From: Octopus vulgaris | Lineage: Eukaryota | NCBI GenBank assembly: GCA_951406725.2 | Contig: OX597814.1 | Span: 43,648,001 to 43,712,000, forward strand | Direction of reading: 5' to 3' | DNA length: 64,000 nt | Shown: positions 29,561 through 43,285 of the stretch, in pieces | Layout: each line of letters begins with the position of its first letter | How positions within the stretch are numbered: position 1 is the stretch's first letter | The notes under the pieces: generated by a model | What the model was told of the DNA's origin: nothing | Seen by the model: the letters and a program-made list of their open reading frames with translations, nothing else | Databases searched by the model: none | Program-made: the position numbers and the translations under genes

Positions 29561-29596
29561 GTTTCAGCGAAGGTACACAGATAAAAAAAACTCAAT

Positions 29597-29740
29597 GATT
29601 CCTCTTACATTTCTTCTGAAATAGCTATTTAATTGAAGTCCCTTTTGCAGGTAATATATAATTCATCTTTAAGAATGAAATATTACTTACCAAGGGGGCT
29701 CCAATTAATTAGCTATTTCAGAAGAAATGTAACAGGAATC
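29597..29740. repeat. 144-bp near-perfect hairpin (MITE-like)
   Basis: gattcctcttacatttcttctgaaatagctatttaattg pairs with caattaattagctatttcagaagaaatgtaacaggaatc; pairing continues almost to the centre. Confidence 0.9.
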
Positions 29741-31276
29741 TTTCACACTACAGCTTAAGTAATATTCAGTGCAATCTTCTTCCGACAGTTACATAGCTAA
29801 AGGAGGTTAAATAAGTGACTGTAAATAATGGTGCACTTGAGCTGTTCGGTATCTAGATATATCTTTGAATAATCTACATAGGATGTTCAATTGAATATTG
29901 ATGGGTGACCAATTTGCAAATATTGCGGTTACAAAGGTTATCGATAGACATTCATCTAGATTGCAGCACATTTTCAAGAATTGGAATGCCATTAAATACG
30001 TCTATCAATAAAGTGTCAATCAGCATATCTATGAATTTATTGTCTTCGTATGAAATGCATTTACTACTAGCATATGTATGTTTATATGTATTCGTGTGTG
30101 TGTGTATGTGTGAGTGTGTGTGCGTGTGCGTGCGTGTGCGTGTGTTTGTGCATTCATTTCTATATTTAGAGAGAAAGCTGTTTCTATCTATATGCTTTAT
30201 TGAGAATTACTTGAAGTCTCCTGCTAGAAACTTTTTATTAAATAGATACGGAGAGGGATGTTAATATCCGCATGTTAATTTCATTTGCTATTGGTCGTCA
30301 CTTTATGTGACTCCCGAAGATGACACAGAAAACATTTTTCTACTCGGAAAGAGGACGACACTAGTATAGAGAATGTGGTGTTATGACTCTGCTAGCTGCC
30401 AATCCAGCATTTTATATAATCGCCACGAAGTCTCTAGACACCAACTAACATCCATGCAATAAGGCAGCACAAAAACGTCTGAACGTTTTTTTCTGCAACA
30501 TTAAATAAGAGTAAAATACCTCCCATATCAGATCCTACTATGTAATAAAAGGAGATGCTTGGGGAAAAAAAATAGGTACACGTAATCATTTGGCTCTGAT
30601 TTCATATCTTACTGGTATCCATTAAGAAATTCGTGACAGTAAAGTGCTTAAAGATATCGGTGTTGGAATACATCTATACGTCATAGTACCATAAATTTGT
30701 AATCAATACGTTGAGATATAGCACATCTACTATTTCCAATGAGCATTAAAAATCTAATTGCATCATTAGAACACGAACAAAAGGAGAGAAGTTACTGCAA
30801 AAATAAGATGATCTGGTAAAACTAAACGCAATTAAGATTCTTTGGCGACGTAAATTTCATGGAATCTATTAAGTGAAACTACTTTCGATCACTTTGTATA
30901 ATGATACTGTTTTTCGCTATGTATAAAGATACTGTTTTTCGACTACAAAATTATTTCATATATAAATGTATAGATCACAAATATCAATAACAAACTATAT
31001 TAGAAATGAAAACAAATATATAAAAATTTTAAATGTTTTCAAACGCATCTGTATAACAATTAAATAAATGGTTATTATAATTGAAAACGTAAGAAAATTA
31101 GTCACATACGTATGCTTACGAAATTGCTAGTATTCATGCATAGAATATGTATCCATATGTATACATAAAAACGCACACACATACATACACACACACACAC
31201 GCACATACACACACATATATACATATATATATACGTATGTGCTTTCATATATGTATATGCGTATATATATATTTAT

Positions 31277-31510
<234 letters not shown>

Positions 31511-31628
31511 ACAACTTATTTAACCATTAAAGTTATTTTTTAATATTCTGACCATTGATAGAATTTTTTCAAACAAATTTATACTATATTAGATGTAAAT
31601 ATATACATACATATATATATATATATAT

Positions 31629-31738
31629 AGGCACAGGAATGGCTGTGTGGTAAGAATATTGTTTCCCAACCAAATGGTTCCGGGTTCAATCCCACTGCGT
31701 GACACCTTGGGCCAGTGTCTGCTATTATATTCTCCGTC

Positions 31739-31742
<4 letters not shown>
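31629..31742 (+). mobile_element. Truncated CORE-like SINE head
   Basis: Matches the 5' part of the 13873-14273 family. Confidence 0.85.
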
Positions 31743-31778
<36 letters not shown>

Positions 31779-31795
31779 ATATATCTATCTATCTG

Positions 31796-31828
<33 letters not shown>

Positions 31829-31842
31829 TATATATATATAAT

Positions 31843-32340
31843 TGGACTTCTCTCCAATCTGAACTTCCATAAATCTGATTGGAAATCTATACCCAAAAAC
31901 TGCTCCCCAGACAGGATTGCCCGAAATGTCTCTTTAGACCTGACACTGACGAGAAACTGGAATATTTCATGCCTCTTATGCAAACCATATGACTGAAAGA
32001 TGTCCCAGAGCCCAAGGCCAGCAGAAAAAGGAACAGGATTGCAAAGGAGAGGAAGATCCTCATTAGACGGCGAACGAAGGTTGCAAATCACTTCAACCAA
32101 CTACTCATATGTAGTGGAAAGTTCCGCCTAAAAACAGCACTTATGGAGATTGAAAATAATCTGCTACAATCCTATCTTAATTTGAGAGCAGAGAAAAAAG
32201 ACTGGGTTATAAAAGTCATCAGGTCAAATCCGAAAAACTTCTTTCCTTATGCCAAATAAACAGCTTCCGTACGATGTAAAACAGGACCTCTCTTCCAGAA
32301 GGATGGCTTGCTCATACATAACCAACTCAGGAACAAGTGA
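31843..32340 (+). mobile_element. CR1/L2-type LINE fragment (APE-RT linker)
   Basis: LNFHKSDWKSI, RIAKERKILIRR, RSNPKNFFPYAK, TGPL; same region as 5340-5780. Confidence 0.7.
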
Positions 32341-32467
32341 ACGAATCAGTAGCTATCTTTGCTGGCTTCCCTATAACAAACGAGGCAGTTTCGACTGGAT
32401 TTCATAAATTGGAAAAAAAAATCAACATAACAGACGAACACCAAATATATCCAAACATGTCTGTGTT

Positions 32468-32518
<51 letters not shown>

Positions 32519-33431
32519 GTGTGTGTTTGTGTGTGTGTGCGTTATCAATAAATACAGGTTCAATATTGCGATATATGCTCATTATTGGGTTCGTGAAATC
32601 ACCAATAACTCTTGCTTTTTATAATTGTTTATCTTATACCTATTTAGTTTCAATTATTATGAAATGTATATGACATGCAAACATTAAACCATAAATATAC
32701 TAATCCAGTCTTATTTATATCTCTTGTTGGTATATGACGTCAAAACCAGTTTAGCCGATAAGCGAAATTCAGTAACTTTTAGCAGAAAAAAAATGCCTAT
32801 TAATATGATATAAATATTCAAGAGCACAACATAACACCGAAGAAAATAGTACAAATAAATGTTAAACACAGTATAAAAGAAGCCAGTATTCATAATAAAA
32901 CAACGTCACACAGATTTTCGAACAAATAAGAAAGCCAAATTGCAAAATATTGAATTATATTTGGTAGGCAGAGAATTTCCCCTAATGTTTGGATGGCTAT
33001 GTTTGCCAAAATTTACCAATGATTTTCTTTCATGGATAATTTTGTCTTATATGGTATTCTGATATGAAATTCAATGGACGTACCCCAATTTCGTCCAATA
33101 TTTATTCTTCATTCCTCTGCATTTCTGTATTGCCTGGTGTTGAATGAAGCTAGCCAAATCAATAAATTCTAGCTGATTTATTCTCAAGAAGTAGTCATTT
33201 TGCCATCACTGAAGTAAGAGGAAAACTATTATCAGATATAATCTATTATTTGATAATTTTGTGCCAAATATTACTGTGACGCTTGGTGCACATCGTACAA
33301 CAAATTTCTAAAGGTAACTCTTATGGTTCAAGAAACAAATCGTTTCAATTACTGTGCTACAACAATGTTTACACTATCAGAACTTAATTTTTCTGTTCAT
33401 AGAATATTAATTCAATGCGCACATACGTTCA

Positions 33432-33465
<34 letters not shown>

Positions 33466-33496
33466 CATACATACATACATACATACATACATACAC

Positions 33497-33544
<48 letters not shown>

Positions 33545-33548
<4 letters not shown>

Positions 33549-33655
33549 ATATAAATTATTTCTATTATATATTTTATATAATATATAAAAAATCATATAT
33601 TAGATATAATTTATATATATATATATATATAATACATAAGTTCCTTTACACCCTT

Positions 33656-33694
<39 letters not shown>

Positions 33695-33867
33695 CATATA
33701 TATATATACATATATATATATATATTATATCTACTATATATTTTATATAATATATGTATGTGTGTGTATGTGCGTGCGTGCGTGTGTGTATGTACTATAT
33801 GTTTATGTATATAAATTATTTCTATTATATATTTCATACAATATATAAAAAATGTATAATAGATATA

Positions 33868-33913
<46 letters not shown>

Positions 33914-33965
33914 TATATCTATTATATAATATATGTATGTGTGTGTGTGCGTGTGTGTATGAGCG
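33545..33965. repeat. Local tandem duplication within a TA-rich tract
   Basis: 33545-33630 matches 33806-33880; 33724-33780 matches 33912-33960. Confidence 0.75.
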
Positions 33966-34482
33966 TGCGTGTGTTTGTGTGTGAGTGTGTCTGTGTGCTA
34001 TGTGCTTATGTATTTTTATATATAGCGTGATATGTGTAATAAATAATATATAACTAATCACGAATTCAAATTAGGCAACTGGAAATGGGAATTGAAACCA
34101 CGAGTTAAAACTTAGTTTCAGACTCTATGTTAAGACATATATGCTTCAAATCTCGCAAGGCGGGTCGTAAAACTAAGTAAATTGTCCAGAAAATTGTGAA
34201 TGATAAGACGTGTGTGCATAAAGAGGAATAAACCTGTGGATTATGAATTAAATTTGAGTAGAAAATGAAATGGCAATAAGTGAAAATAATCGTTTGGATT
34301 ATATGAATATTCATATATACTATGCATACATCATGTCATCACACACACACGCACGCACGTACATACACACAGACATATATACAATAACATAATATTGAAA
34401 TCAAATACGGGTGCATTTGTTTGCGTGGACATGTGCGTGTCCGCACATGCAAACGTTGCACTATGACTACAACTTTATAAAC

Positions 34483-34543
<61 letters not shown>

Positions 34544-34556
34544 GAGAGAGAGAGAG

Positions 34557-34787
34557 AGAGTGGTTGTATACTGTCAACTTAACGTGACAGTAGGGGATTA
34601 CCCACTGCTGTTTAGCCCTAGGAAGCATCGACGCTTCCTGTCGGCTTCGACACAATTCCTGTGTCCTTATAAATTTCCACCTTTATTATTATGTCGAAGT
34701 CGATAGGAAGTGCCGATGCTTTCTTGGGCTAAACAGCGGTGAGTAATACCCTACTGTCACGTTAAGTTGACAGTATACAACCACTCT
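34557..34787. mobile_element. Fold-back element with ~96-bp inverted arms
   Basis: 34557-34652 is the reverse complement of 34692-34787; the arm equals the terminus of the 10336 element. Confidence 0.9.
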
Positions 34788-34838
34788 ATCGCCCCACCAC
34801 CGTACATATCTCTATGAGATATTTAGAAATTTAATATT

Positions 34839-34884
<46 letters not shown>

Positions 34885-34886
<2 letters not shown>

Positions 34887-35640
34887 AAAGGTTTGGAGAT
34901 GATGTACAGGTATTATATATTATAAGAAATGAGGTAATCAGAAGATCGGATGGTTCATGTTTATAGATATTTATTTATATATTACATTTTTTACATATAT
35001 ATATATCATATCATTCAGATTATTAGCGCTTTCTCCCATTCCAGTGGGGTTTTCAAATCAAATCAATTCCTTTGTGGGGAATTTGGTCATTTTATAGAGT
35101 TTCGTAGTAGTGAGGAGGAACAAGATAGTATAAGAGGGTGAGGTAGATGAGGAGGAAGTGAGAGAGATAACATGTGTGTATGTGTATGTGTGTGTGTGTG
35201 CGCGCGTTTGTATCTGAGGCTAAAGAGAGAAAGGGGGAAAGGGGGAGGGGGAGAGGGAAGAAGAAGAAGAAGAAGAAGAAGAAGAAGGATTTCCTTTGGC
35301 CTGTTGGACCCCCTGGGGAGTTCTAAGAATTTTAACTCTCTGTCCATTCTGGTGTCACTGAGTGTGTGTTGGTAGGCTGGCCAGAAATTACACCTTTTGT
35401 GATTTGGGGGATGGACAAATGTCATTTGGGGGTCATACTTTGTATTATCGTTTTGTGGAGGTGTGTGTGTGTGTGTCTCTGTGTGTCCGTGTGTGTTTGT
35501 GTGCGTGTGTGTGTCTCTGTGTGTTTGGAGAAGGGGAGAGAGACAAAAAGAGAAAAGAGAAAATAAAAATTAAAATTAAAATTAAAAAAAAAAATTTAAA
35601 TAAATAAAAATAAGGGAGGAAATGGAGAAGAGAAAAATAT
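34885..35640 (-). mobile_element. PLE pLTR-type remnant with degenerate hammerhead (35018-35063)
   Basis: Reverse complement TTTGAAAA-cccc(actggaat)ggg-a-GAAA-gcgc-TA; starts at (TA)n; purine-rich tract follows. Confidence 0.4.
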
Positions 35641-36159
35641 ATTTTTGTGTGTTGATATTTATACCACTACATATATATACACACACAGACTTATACATAA
35701 AATATTTGAAAAAAACCTTTTATCGGTTCAAAATGAACAACCAAATTACACCATCTTGAAAATTGTATATCATAGGAAAGTTAAAATTAAAGTGACAATT
35801 AAAAAGTAAAGATGGAAGTAAATTATAAAGATAATAATATAATATATATATATATGCGTGTACGTGTTCGACTTGCAAGTTTCTTAACGTGAAATCGTAT
35901 ATTAAAGCAGATATTCTTATACTGGGAGATGGTTATATTTTTCCAATTAAACAAATGTGGTATATACTTGGTCTCGATTCCACCTTTATTGTTATTCTAG
36001 TTTCTTTGTGAAAGCTCTTTCGTCATTTATCTTGTGACCTTTTCAATGACTCTTTATCCTCCGTGTCTCCCCCTCTTATGCCATTTTGTCAGTATGTATA
36101 CATATATACATACATACACAAAATTATCAACAGGTTTATAGGTAGGAAAAAGATTTCTC

Positions 36160-36340
36160 GCCGTCTCAAGTCTGTTCCCGCACCGGGGGACATCTTTGAG
36201 CATCTTGATTGTGGCCACCAGATCGGCTTTGATGTTCCAGGCAGAGCGGTTGTTATCATTATGAAAACCACACAGAGGAAAACAAATGGAGGATTAGGAG
36301 CCAAAAACTTGGTAAAAACCTTTTTAGATTTCGTGTAGAT
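36160..36340 (+). mobile_element. Possible decayed non-LTR RT fragment
   Basis: EHLDCGHQIGFDVPGR...KTFLDF resembles RT motifs Q.GF.PGR and FLDF.KAFD. Confidence 0.35.
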
Positions 36341-39300
36341 ATCCAGTTCTGATGACACATATGTAGCCTCCTAACAGCAACCAAGACCTTCACATAGTCA
36401 CATAAATCGGCCCTCAGGCCCTGCAATTTTGTTATTATGGATATATTGTCATGCGGACGCAATTGACTTCCTGCTCGCAACTATTTTGTAGTCTTCTTTG
36501 CTGCTGTCTGTGTCGTTTCACTACTTTTGACTTATTCACAGAGTATTAATCAGTAGTCACAATGCCATTATTTTGAAACACAGCACGAGTCATCATTATA
36601 TAAGTATTTGTGTAATAATATTCGGTTTAATGGCATTAATGCCAGCCAACATTTTCTCAACAACAACTTTTATTCATTAATTCATAGCTGTCCATGAAAA
36701 TGAGTTATAAAGTCGTGAGATTTAGACTTAACATACTCTTCTTATATAGAGTGTGGTGAATGTTGCATAGAACTAACCAGTCTTTCTTTGAGGAACAGAA
36801 TGGCCATTCACCGCCAATAGTTATATGGTTTCAGGACTAGACATCGGCCTAAGAATAAATATCTAAATTTTTGCTCACCAAAAAAAGTAAATAAATAAAA
36901 TTTTAAAAAACACCAAATACAAAATTTTCCCTATGTATTAATGCATAGGTAACTACTCAGTTCAATCCCTATTAAATAATGAAATATATTTTGTGAAACA
37001 CAAACCAAAACTTAAGATTATATATCATCAAAATAGAATGAAAATGCAAAGTTTATTTATCTCTGCTAAATCATCTATAAACAACAACAGGAATATAATT
37101 AAAGGTTTGAGGCAACAGACTTTCACCGTAATTCGCAGACCTAACTTAAATCGCAATATAATTACTCATTACGTCACCCTAGGATTGACTAATGAAATTT
37201 TGTCTATTATTAAGCCCGGGCACGCAGGAAAGATAAAAGACAAACGATACTATTAAACATTCAGCTCAGTGTGAAAACAGAAGGATAACTGACATCTTAA
37301 GATGGTCAACCATCCTGAACATTGGACGACCGTCAGATAAAAAAAGTGAATGACAGACAGAACCGAAAATGTTCATCAATATATCTTAAGTCCAGCGATA
37401 TTCTCCAGAAAATAGCAAAAGTATATACAAATATAGTCGGCCATACTTCAGAACTTTAGCCAGTAATCTGTCAGCGCGAATTGGTTTTGATATTATTAAT
37501 TGTTGCAGTGATGTTCATAGTACAGAAAGGTATATCAAATAGTATATGAGGAGGATTTACTTCATCAATGTTGCGACAGACATAATGAAGGCAATAAACA
37601 TTGGCTACACAGAATCTCTTTCACATCTTTTGCATTGTTTGAAGGGTTTTCTGCCCATTGATCATTGAATCGAAGGATAAAATATAGTCCTTTGCGTTTT
37701 TGCAAAGGAATAGAAAACTTTTGAACTGCGACTCTAATATTTTCAATTATTTCTCCTCTCGTCAGTTCATATAGAATATTAGTTACCCATGAGATGGAGT
37801 GCTGGTTTATAGTTGTGATGGTTCTCTAATTTTCCGATGTGTATTTTCCCTCACTTTCTGGTCTATATCTCTTTTTTTTTTATTTTTTGGTAGGGCATAC
37901 TAGAGAGTGGCTACCACATATGGGACAGTGTCTTTAAAATGGATGTCAAGTGAATTTTCTTTCGGAAGGGTTGTGAGTGAAAAAAAGTCCATAAGCGAAA
38001 GGTTATGTGCGATTGCACTTAAGTTCGCTTTATGCAACGCCATGTTGTGACGTGAGTACGCTGGAATCAGCGGTTTGATCTAATCTTCAGATGTTTACAA
38101 ATGAGGTTATATGTCTCAATATATTAGCGAGATTAAAGAGGTCTGGACTGTAATATTATGAATAGTGCTAACATTGTAACGTGCCACTGGGCACAAGGCA
38201 TTTTTTGTTTCATTAGCAAAAGCAGGGCATTTCCTGCAGGTACGTACCATTCACACTATTAAATCTGTCCCTACTGCTGCTTTGTTCGAGGTTGAGATAC
38301 ATACGCTTGGTTTGAGAATAATCAATGCCCACTCTGCATGAGGAAGGCTGAATTTGCCCATTGCTATATTGCTAGAGTTGCATTCTTAGAGGGAAAACTG
38401 TGAATTTCTGTAATCACTCATGGAAATAGTACAAATATACTTGAGGAGTGTTGTAGAGACCAATTATTGAGCAGCTATTAGCTATGAATACGGACTATGA
38501 TTTGCAGTAGCTATTGGAAAACATGATGATATGGGAGCCGTGTATGGAAATAGTAGCACCTCTCTATGTTCCACATGCATGATCCAAAATCTCTAGCTTT
38601 CGCCTCAGCGAAAGGTCCGAGTTAGAATGATTGGTAGTCGACAATACAGATCTCAAAATATGGAAATACATGTTTTCTTGCATGAATGTTGTTTGGGTAT
38701 TTAGCAGGTGTTTCCTTGCTAAGGGGGCTGTTTCTTTGTGTCGCTTCACAACTGTGATGTACCCTAGTTACTGTTTAGCGATGCACATATGAGCGCGTCA
38801 TGCGCTGCAATAACAGTGTTTCAAGTGCAAAACCGAGAAAGCTTCTGCGTATCTCCCCTAATATTAATTATGCCTAAGAAGTTTTCTATGTTAGTAGACA
38901 GTTGGAATCTAGAGATGCTCTGGCTGCGGACACGCTATCGCGTATGGTGGTAATTGTTCCCGCAGTATATTTTATTTTGTTCCCTGAGTTTTGGAAATGA
39001 CGGAGAAGATGCGCAATAAGAACTAAATATCGTGGTGACTTTGGTTCAACTTACAACCACTTGTTCTTTTGCACAGGTTTCATACATGATATTTCCCTCA
39101 GAGAGTTGAAAAAATCGTGATTATATAGCAGAAATTATTTTCGTGTTTCACACTGTAGAATCGAACATAGAATCATTCTGTTACAATAAAACAATCTGAA
39201 CTAATTATGTATCATTTTCGTTGGTACCGTCATTCTGTAATAACGAACTCTGTTTTGCAGGAAGAATAGATAACATATCATATCGGTTCTGCTCCGTCAT

Positions 39301-40446
39301 ACGCTGTCACAAATTTAGATCCGACACGAATCGTGTCTTCTAAACAAAATCTCAAATTGTCCCCCTGAGAGTGATATCCGATCTCTCATTTCATTATTAA
39401 GCTACCTCCAAATCCTCTTATGACAAGAATTAGGTATTTATTGAATTACATCAACCGAATTATCAGTGTTTAACATCACAACTCAGTTTCAGTGTTCCTC
39501 CAAAGTTTGTGGGCCCTGTTATACATTTTAGTCGGAAAAATGTTGAGTATATACTTATATGGAGATTTTGGCAATTAAAGCAAATTTGTTGTAACCGAAA
39601 TATCTTAACAAAGTGCATGCATAAGTTAATAACGAATCTATATAAAATGTACATTCACGCACAGTTTTGACTATGACAGCCAATTTTTAAATGCTTCACC
39701 GACTTCAGAGTTAAAATGTTGAGTGTAGTACGAGAGAATCGTTATAATGACGTGAAAGAAATCGCTCCACAGATCCCTCCATAAAATAAAGTGCAACTCA
39801 GTCTAGATTTTACTATAAACCATATTTTATTTAGGATTTCAAATATACCCTTGAGAAAACAAGGTTATTTATTTAAAGCCAGAGGAGATTAATTGAACGT
39901 TTTCTCCAAATTTCAGATACACAGGAGCATTAATTTATTCACAGGTGAAGGGCGATGATCCTGCTACACGCCTAATTGTTGTTCACTGCATCAGGAAATG
40001 GCTTTTGTTTGCATCAAACGCTTACCATTGATTGACAGACGCCATGTTTCCGCGATTTCTCTATTATACGTATTATTAACTGCTGAAATGCTTTCTAGTG
40101 CTCGAAATTAAAAAAAGCTAGTGTATCAGTCACACGAAGCCATTTAGTGAAAATGTCTCACATCAACACTTCCTCCATATGTCAATATACCTTATTCTTT
40201 AAATGCAACAAGAAATATTTGGCTAATTATTTTCACATAGAGTTGCAGTACTTCATAATTCTATCTTTTGTCATTGTCTTTTTTGTCAAACATCCAAATC
40301 TACTTATCGGAGAAAACCCATTACATCCATTAAATAAAAAAATAAAGCTATTTAAAAGAAAATATTTAAACCTGTCTATTACTACTAGATAGACACACAC
40401 ACTACAATATGTACATAGATAGTAATACACACACACACACACACAC

Positions 40447-40480
40447 ACTAGAAATGCATCCCGGCGTTGCCCAGCTGTTA
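40447..40480 (-). mobile_element. Helitron-like 3' terminus
   Basis: Reverse complement ctgggcaacgccgggatgcatttCTAG-t: GC hairpin followed by CTAG. Confidence 0.55.
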
Positions 40481-40999
40481 TGACCTGCATGCACATGGTA
40501 TTATTTGCTCCTTTCTTATGGGCAGAATCGGCACAGAAATTTATTTAACGGCATAATAGAAGTTATTGTTTGTTTAAAAGTGGAGGAGTGTACAATTTGC
40601 ATAAGTTTGCATGAAAGTGCTTTCTCTTCTTAAGAATTATCACAAACTATGTATTGTTCCATCGTATAAATTGGGGCTAATACGATTTTGTCCAGAAATC
40701 ACGTTTTCAAAATTTTTATTCCACCGCAATTTCTTAATTTGTTTTTCTACGCAGAAAAATACAGAGATTATGAATCTGGAAAAATATCTTTTTTTTTATA
40801 GTTTAATTTTTCTTAAAGAAACACTCAATGCCCCTTCCCCCACCTCGCACACCCATCACCTACTCGCTTCCAAAAAGCTAAAATCTCCCAATATTACACT
40901 TTTGTTTGATGTCTCCCGCATGCGTAGAATTCTACTGAAATATCAAACTTAAAACATCCCAGACCACCTCCAGCAAACACGACAATCCAGAAACAACAG

Positions 41000-42274
41000 G
41001 TGGACGACGTTCATTCTGAAGAAACTTCCCCGCTTTCCAAAAAGCTAGAAGGGAAACGTTGGGAGTTTGTAGTTTTTGAAAGAGGTTCGTTGCAGCTACC
41101 AATAGCATCAATAGTCGAAATATATAAGCTGGGGAAGATACGGACGGTCATGATGCTCAGAGAATCGAAGGATATGGAAATCAGGCGTAACCCACCAGAG
41201 GTGAAAACAGCCAGGAAGTGGAAAGCAGAAGCAGAAACTGACGACATCTTGTCTTCTCTTATACACAGCGATATGGTGGGAGCAACGCAGAACCATCGGA
41301 AAGGACTTGGTTTTGGCGCGGATCAGTTCAGACCGTTTGCAAGCATGATGCGGAGTGAACGAAGATCTGTTGTTAGCAACAGCGTCAAAACAAGAGAAGC
41401 AGAGAGAAGAGAGCTTCATTTGATCCGATGTGTTCATCAAGGTCAGATGACGAGATGGGAAGAACATGTTGTTGAGAGGAAGATAAGTTGGGATGAGATG
41501 TGGAAGTGGACGACATCTCGGCTGAGTTTCCTGATTCGTTCATCTTATGATGTTTTGCCATCACCTATGAATCTAGGAAGATGGAACCTCTTAGAGAATT
41601 ACATCTGCAAATGTGGAAAGGTCGGTACACGAAAACATTTTCTTTCCAACTGTGCATTAGCATTGAGCAGGTATACATGGAGGCACAACTTGGTCCTTAA
41701 GGTTATCTTCAATGCTATAAAGAACCAAATTCATTTCAACAACACTGAGGAAAAACCGGTGAACGTACCATTAAGAGATTCCATTACCTTCGTGCGACCA
41801 GGTCAGCGGATCCGTTACAAGAAGAAGATCAAGAAACTTCCTGAGAAAAATGAAAAGTGGAACGGCTATTGGGAGGTAACTGCAGATTTACCTGGGTGCC
41901 AGGTTTTCTTTCCCATCCCAGTTACGAAAAAACCAGGTATTTTGATGTGGTGTGAAAGAAAGAAGGTTGTAAATATAGTCGAGCTAACGGTTCCTCATGA
42001 AGATAATATGGACGCCGCTCGGGCTCGAAAATTGAACTGTTATGAAAACCTCCTCGAGGAATGTGAAGACGCAGGCTGGAAAGTGGAACATTTTCCTATC
42101 GAAGTCGGATGTAGAGGGTTTGTTGGACACAGCGTGAGACGACTGTTGTTATCGCTAGGCCTAACTCATCGTAAAGTCAATACCACCATGACTGATATCT
42201 AATCTACAGTGGAGAAGGCTAGCCACTGGATTTGGTTAAAAAGAGACTATGAGCGATGGCTAGAAGTATATTGA
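41000..42274 (+). pseudogene. HERO ORF C-terminal part (CCHC + restriction-like endonuclease)
   Basis: 400-aa open frame; premature TAA at 42200-42202 is followed in frame by STVEKASHWIWLKR...* (TGA 42272-42274); catalytic PD reads PG; no RT domain. Confidence 0.88.
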
Positions 42275-42483
42275 GTTCTTCATAACCAGCTGATCTAGCA
42301 AGCGGGGCCTCATATCAGTGAGGGGGGCCGGTGCGCATTGTTGCCGTCGAGAGGTAGGCCCCGAAACGGCGCGCATTATCTCCTGATGACCCCATACACT
42401 TGCTAGCTTCCGGTATACGGAGGTTTTAACTGGTAGCACTTGCATGTGCAAGTTGTTTGCAAGACATGAGGTGATGAATAAAT
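41076..42483 (+). mobile_element. 5'-truncated HERO-clade (RLE) non-LTR retrotransposon with 3' UTR
   Basis: LQLPIASIVE, RKWKAE, QGQMTRWE, SFLIRSSYDVLPSP.NL..W, CCHC finger CKCG..TRKHFLSNC, YTWRHNLVL, RLE motifs ELTVPHE and PIEVGCRGF; UTR ends gatgaataaa. 5' boundary approximate. Confidence 0.9.
42285..42453 (+). ncRNA. Highly structured HERO 3' UTR containing hammerhead core strands in non-canonical order
   Basis: Pairings ctagcaag/cttgctag, gggg/cccc, cctca/tgagg, ggggcc/ggcccc, ggtgcgc/gcgcatt, gccgt/acggc, gaga/tctc, cttccg/cggagg, acttgca/tgcaagt; CTGATGA at 42383-42389 and GAAA at 42363-42366. Confidence 0.65.
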
Positions 42484-43189
42484 TCTTAAAGATTCTTACT
42501 GTCTTTTTTTGTTCTCCTTGGGTTACCAAGTAACAATAAATTTGAAAAAAAGTAAAAAAATAAATTTCGTGTGGAGAGGGAGAAAAGTAAAATATTGAGA
42601 ATGTATTTTGTGAGGGAAATCCTAATCTCCTGTATCGCAAACATAGGAATCGGAAGAAATTCAGGAAACAAATAAGGCTGTGGAGCAGAAATATCACCTC
42701 GGATATGTTAGAAAGAAGAAGTAAAGGACAGGATTTTTAGGAAAATTTTCTTTTAAGTTTATATCGAAGATCAGGTTTTTTAAAATACGCTCATCACAAA
42801 CAGAAATTACACAAATTAGGCGAAAATAATGAGGGTTGAAACACATTAAATTTTACAATAAACGTTACCGTATTCTCAATATTGAGTCCTACTTGTAGTA
42901 AGCTTTCCGTAGTTATTCTTAATCTATCTTTAACACAATCCTTACTATTATAGGTAGAAATTTTGGAAAAGGAGCTAGTTGATAATATCGACCTCAGGGC
43001 GTAAATGGTACTAATTTTATCAGCCTCCAACCAATTCAAAATGGTATTGGATCTCGGCGAAATTTGTATTCAGAATATAAGATGAAATGCCGCTAACATT
43101 TTGTCCGGTTTGCAAATTATTTTTTCAAAATAAACCGTCATTTCTTCACACAAGCTCAAAACGCATACATGCACAGCATACACGTAAAC

Positions 43190-43223
43190 ATGCGTGCACA
43201 CACACACAGACACACACACACAA

Positions 43224-43285
<62 letters not shown>

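Noticed and set aside
37150-38900. Slightly GC-richer stretch that may be an old LINE on the minus strand
   Set aside because: No motif could be read convincingly.
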